From NCBI GenBank assembly GCA_050230475.1, contig JBFLGF010000046.1:62001-82867 (forward strand): 20,867 nt of DNA, read 5' to 3'. Of the stretch, positions 10,093 through 20,867 are shown one piece after another (within the stretch, counting starts at the first letter, position 1; each line of letters begins with the position of its first letter). The notes beneath the pieces are model-generated. The model did no database searches, had not been told where the DNA came from, and was given only the letters and a program-made list of their open reading frames with translations. The position numbers were made by a program, and so were the translations under genes. Source of the DNA: Ancylonema sp. (taxonomy: Eukaryota).

Positions 10093-10722
10093 TGTATGAT
10101 ACAAATCACAAAGACAACGACTACTTCATCTATATATGTACCTCTACCGTTCAACGAGATTCTGAGTACGTCAACCAATGTGGAGAATGCCGGTCATTGC
10201 GGATTTCGCGCAATTGCTTTGGCCGTCATTGGAGATGAAATATATTGGCCCCAAGTTAGAGGTGCCATGATAACTCACTTGCAGGATCGGTCTATACTCT
10301 TCCAGTACCTTTGAGGCACAACAAGGTTCGAACGGATATCCGCAGCCTTGGATTGCTTCACTATGCCAACCCCCCCAGAAAACTGGTTCACTGCACGAGA
10401 CATGGCACTTCTCGCGGCCGATCTATACCGACGTCCGGTTGTGTTTCTCGGGCATGCTTTCGGCTTTTGAATGACCCTTCTACCATACCGACCCGATCAA
10501 TTTTTGAATCTCCCAATCGTACTCGTTCACAAAAACGGAAACCATTTCCACATGGGGAAATTAATTCACACTCACTTGCCTCCCGTGGACCCGGAATGGC
10601 TCGAAAAATTAGGAATGTTTCCCGACCTCATTCCAGTGTATGACCAAGTGTTCCATCCAGTAAAACGTTGGGAGGTCTTTCGAGATCGGTATATTGACCT
10701 TTTTGAGGCTCGTGCTTCCTAG
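10093..10722 (+). pseudogene. OTU-like cysteine protease domain exon inside the MULE
   Basis: ORFs 10096-10314 and 10471-10722 share one frame, broken only by TGA codons: NVENAGHCGFRAIALAV...W.QVR...WFTARDMALLAADLYRRPVVFL...PIVLVHKNGNHFH. These match the OTU Cys-loop and His-loop motifs; the usual Asp of DGxC is Ala here. Confidence 0.85.
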
Positions 10723-11673
10723 GCTCCAATTGAGGCAACCTAGGTTGAAATTCTGAGTCAAAGGATTTTATTTATTTATTTTGGTGTCCGATTTGTATTC
10801 CGTGTTTTACAAAGATTTTGAAATAGCTGAACAGTGAGTGTGCATTTGATAGAGCCCTTTGGTGGCTATAGGGATGATTTTGGAACTTCATATTCGATGT
10901 TGGACATTGTATCGGGGTATTGCAAGCGTGTGAATTGTTTCAATATATAAGCATATTTTCATTACGAGGTACAAAATGTAATGTATTACATTGTACGGGC
11001 CGGATGCAATTTACGTTACATGTACGCCGCCAATAATTGGTAAGAGATGCACACAGATCCCTTCTCGGTGACCTTGCCAATTAGATGCGTTGATTTTCAT
11101 ATTGGAAGAGTCTACAAAAAAAAAAAAAAAAAACTATTGCGATTTACGTTTATTTTTATTGGAGATGATGGATGTTATTATCCCACAACATTTACTTGTA
11201 CGAGTGCATCATTGTTTATTTTTTTATTTTTATTTTAATTGATTTTCAATGCCAATAAACAATCCATATGTCTATAAATTGTACTAAGAATACGGTACAA
11301 TGCACTCAATCTTTTAGCGCAATAGACGGAACGATTCCGAACATTTGTACATGTGTCATGTGTGCTTACCTATTGTTGCTAAGTTTATTTACCTTAGGGG
11401 TGGTGTAAGTTTATTATTACATTATTTGATCGGAATAGCACAACCACACAATGATGAATCGTGTTCATATTCATTTCCTGGGCTTTCCTTTTTTTTTCCG
11501 AACTCTACATTTACGATAACATAGTACTTCTCGCACCGCTTTAAAAATTACGTATCCCGGCTTCCCAATCTAATTTCTCTGAAGCTATTTCATTTCCGGT
11601 GCAGTCTCGCAGTCCTTATAAACCGAAACAGCCGTACCAAAACCCGTAAACAATTCAATACCCCTCTAATCTA

Positions 11674-11974
11674 CCAACTTCCCTCTGCCCCCCGCCGAGT
11701 CGACCCTTGGACAGCATGCTGGGTCATGACCCCGTCGATCGTAACCTCCAGTAACCAAGCGGATATCTACAGGTCGAACACCGATTTCTGGTACTGGCGT
11801 AAGCGATAGCCACGTCATCCACCTAGATTCTGTTAATTCTTAAATAAAGGCCGTACTACAGGTCGACGGCCCACAAGCCACCATGTCCTTTCGAGCTGCA
11901 TCTACGGTCCCCCGTAAGTCCTGTCGGGGGACTGCTTTGGCATTAAGAACAATGTTTTGGCAGTACGAGCTCCC
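11674..11974 (-). repeat. Right TIR of MULE (301 bp)
   Basis: Reverse complement of 2104-2406; followed directly by the TSD ATTTTGTTT. Confidence 0.95.
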
Positions 11975-12478
11975 ATTTTGTTTCGCGGACTCGCCAATTT
12001 TCGGCCAAGAGCCCAAAAGCGCGTTAGAGCTCGGAGCCCTTTGAGCCTTTTGAGCTCGTAAATTGCGAGCCCGTTGGCCTCCGAGCCCTTTCTGCGAACA
12101 AAAATCAGAATCAGGGGCTCGGAACTCGCAGCCTCGCGGACTCGCGGGCTCGTGAGCTCCCCGAACAACTATTACGTCCCTCGCAGACATCAGGCGATAC
12201 ATGGGCATCACATTATGGGTTTACCGGTGCACGCTGTTGTGATAGACGAGCTGTTGAAAATGATACTAGAGGCGCGAAGTATTTTCGGCAACACCTCGTT
12301 GACGTGAAAAAAAAACTAAAATGATCAGACGATCCCGCACTTCGTAAATCGTAGCGGAGATTGGGGAGTCGAGAATATTTCAAAATAAAAAAACATAAAA
12401 AATACAAGAAATTTGAAGAAAAAAATAAAAAAGCCACGATTTCCGAGATAATTAGCTTAAGTTTGGCCGTCAGAAGCC

Positions 12479-19948
<7,470 letters not shown>

Positions 19949-20867
19949 CAAGGAGGGTGGAGCATTTTACTTACGTGACTTGTGAACAAGAAATGAGAAG
20001 GAAGAAAAACACGACAAGCGACCAGCAAGGACTTCTCATGTACATAGCAAATTGCGACTTGCCCTCCGAAGTTCATCTACGATAGGAAGCAGAAGCACGC
20101 TCTGGTCCACTTCTCCAATGCATGCGTGCGCGTCTGCATTGTGTCTATAGCATGCATCAACACGTCACAAATGCCAACATCTGGTCTCACGAATACATTG
20201 ACACTCATGGCTCACTTGACAAAGCTACTTCATACCATCTCCACCCCCCCCCCCCGACGATGGAGCCCAAACACACAGTAAGGAACACGTGAGGAACACG
20301 CGGACACCCAAAATGATCTCAATACTTGGGTACCACATAAAAGTAGTGCTCCTGTCAAGTGCGCATGTCAAAGTTGTGCGCATGATAACAGCGAGGCGAA
20401 TTGGCGAACAGGCACAAGCAGCGTTGGCTCAACAAAATGTACGAATGTTGTTGGTCCCATGGTTGGCCTTGCACGATCCGTTGGGGATCCTCGGCACGCG
20501 TCCGGAACGTGTTGAGGACCCGGACGCGTCCTAGACGGTCTTGGACACGACCATCACACCTCCAAGACGGAGACCCTCCCGCTCAAAACAAAAGCCCCGA
20601 AAACGACTAAGTATTACGCTTAGGCGAGTTCTATTGAGAAGATATTGCACATTTGCAATAAACACCAAGTAATGGAACCCTTACATAACTAACAAAATAC
20701 CATCTAAAAAAAGGAAAAAAAGGGGAAAAAAACACGCCCCGGTTTGTCTATGAATCTTTTAGACGCGTCTGACGTGCCAGATAGGATTGATAGGGTAAAG
20801 GGTCGTTGATGACGTAATCAGTTGATGTATGACGTCATAACGTAGTCCATCGACATGAATTGGTGAA

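Larger units (their letters stand above)
2887..10722 (+). pseudogene. Spliced MULE transposase pseudogene with N-terminal signal-peptide-like/Pro-rich extension and C-terminal OTU domain
   Basis: Inferred GT-AG exons: 2887-2965, 3587-4409, 4525-4591, 4798-5451, 5557-5590+8930-9363, 9476-9562, 9775-9861, possibly 9923-9998, ~10093-10722. Motifs: FAR1/WRKY-like finger (HCDRGG...RLIGCPF...HNH); DDE triad (VVDCTYKTNR, SHDRCQAL, SRVEGAH); CRWH; SWIM (CTC...GFPCPH); knuckle CSTCNKPGHNRGT(Y); OTU (GHCGFRAIA...NHF). In-frame stops at 3703, 4318, 4541, 5578, 9118, 9539, 10312 and 10468. Confidence 0.9.
2104..11974 (+). mobile_element. Mutator-like element (MULE, FAR1/FHY3-type transposase), full length with both TIRs
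   Basis: Long TIRs 2104-2406 and 11674-11974 with GGGAGC...GCTCCC ends. Perfect 9-bp TSD ATTTTGTTT at 2095-2103 and 11975-11983. Internal MULE transposase motifs. Confidence 0.96.

Overview
Eukaryotic, intron-rich window, probably green lineage (inferred from the plant-like helicase). 79-11974 is a nest of transposons. First is an internally deleted hAT element (79-2031, 8-bp TSD TTACGAAG) carrying a solo LTR (707-1103). Next is a 9.87-kb Mutator-like element (MULE; 2104-11974, ~300-bp TIRs, 9-bp TSD ATTTTGTTT). Its spliced, stop-riddled transposase reads signal-peptide-like exon / extensin-like Pro tract / FAR1-type Zn finger / DDE / SWIM / CCHC / duplicated acidic exon / OTU protease. A 3.34-kb non-autonomous LTR retroelement (5591-8929, minus strand) interrupts the transposase; it has no tRNA PBS but shows a Tf1-type self-priming signature. 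12479-19948 is a 16-exon PRP2/DHX16 (ESP3-like) DEAH-box splicing helicase (~1065 codons) with one in-frame TAG, unusual G-rich GGGGTT introns lacking polypyrimidine tracts, and a pogo/Tigger-like MITE in intron 11. Strongest novelties: the signal peptide plus extensin-like N-terminus on a transposase-OTU fusion, the self-priming coding-less LTR element with a primer-masking hairpin, and the G-tract splice-site architecture. Exon models and mismatch counts were made by eye.
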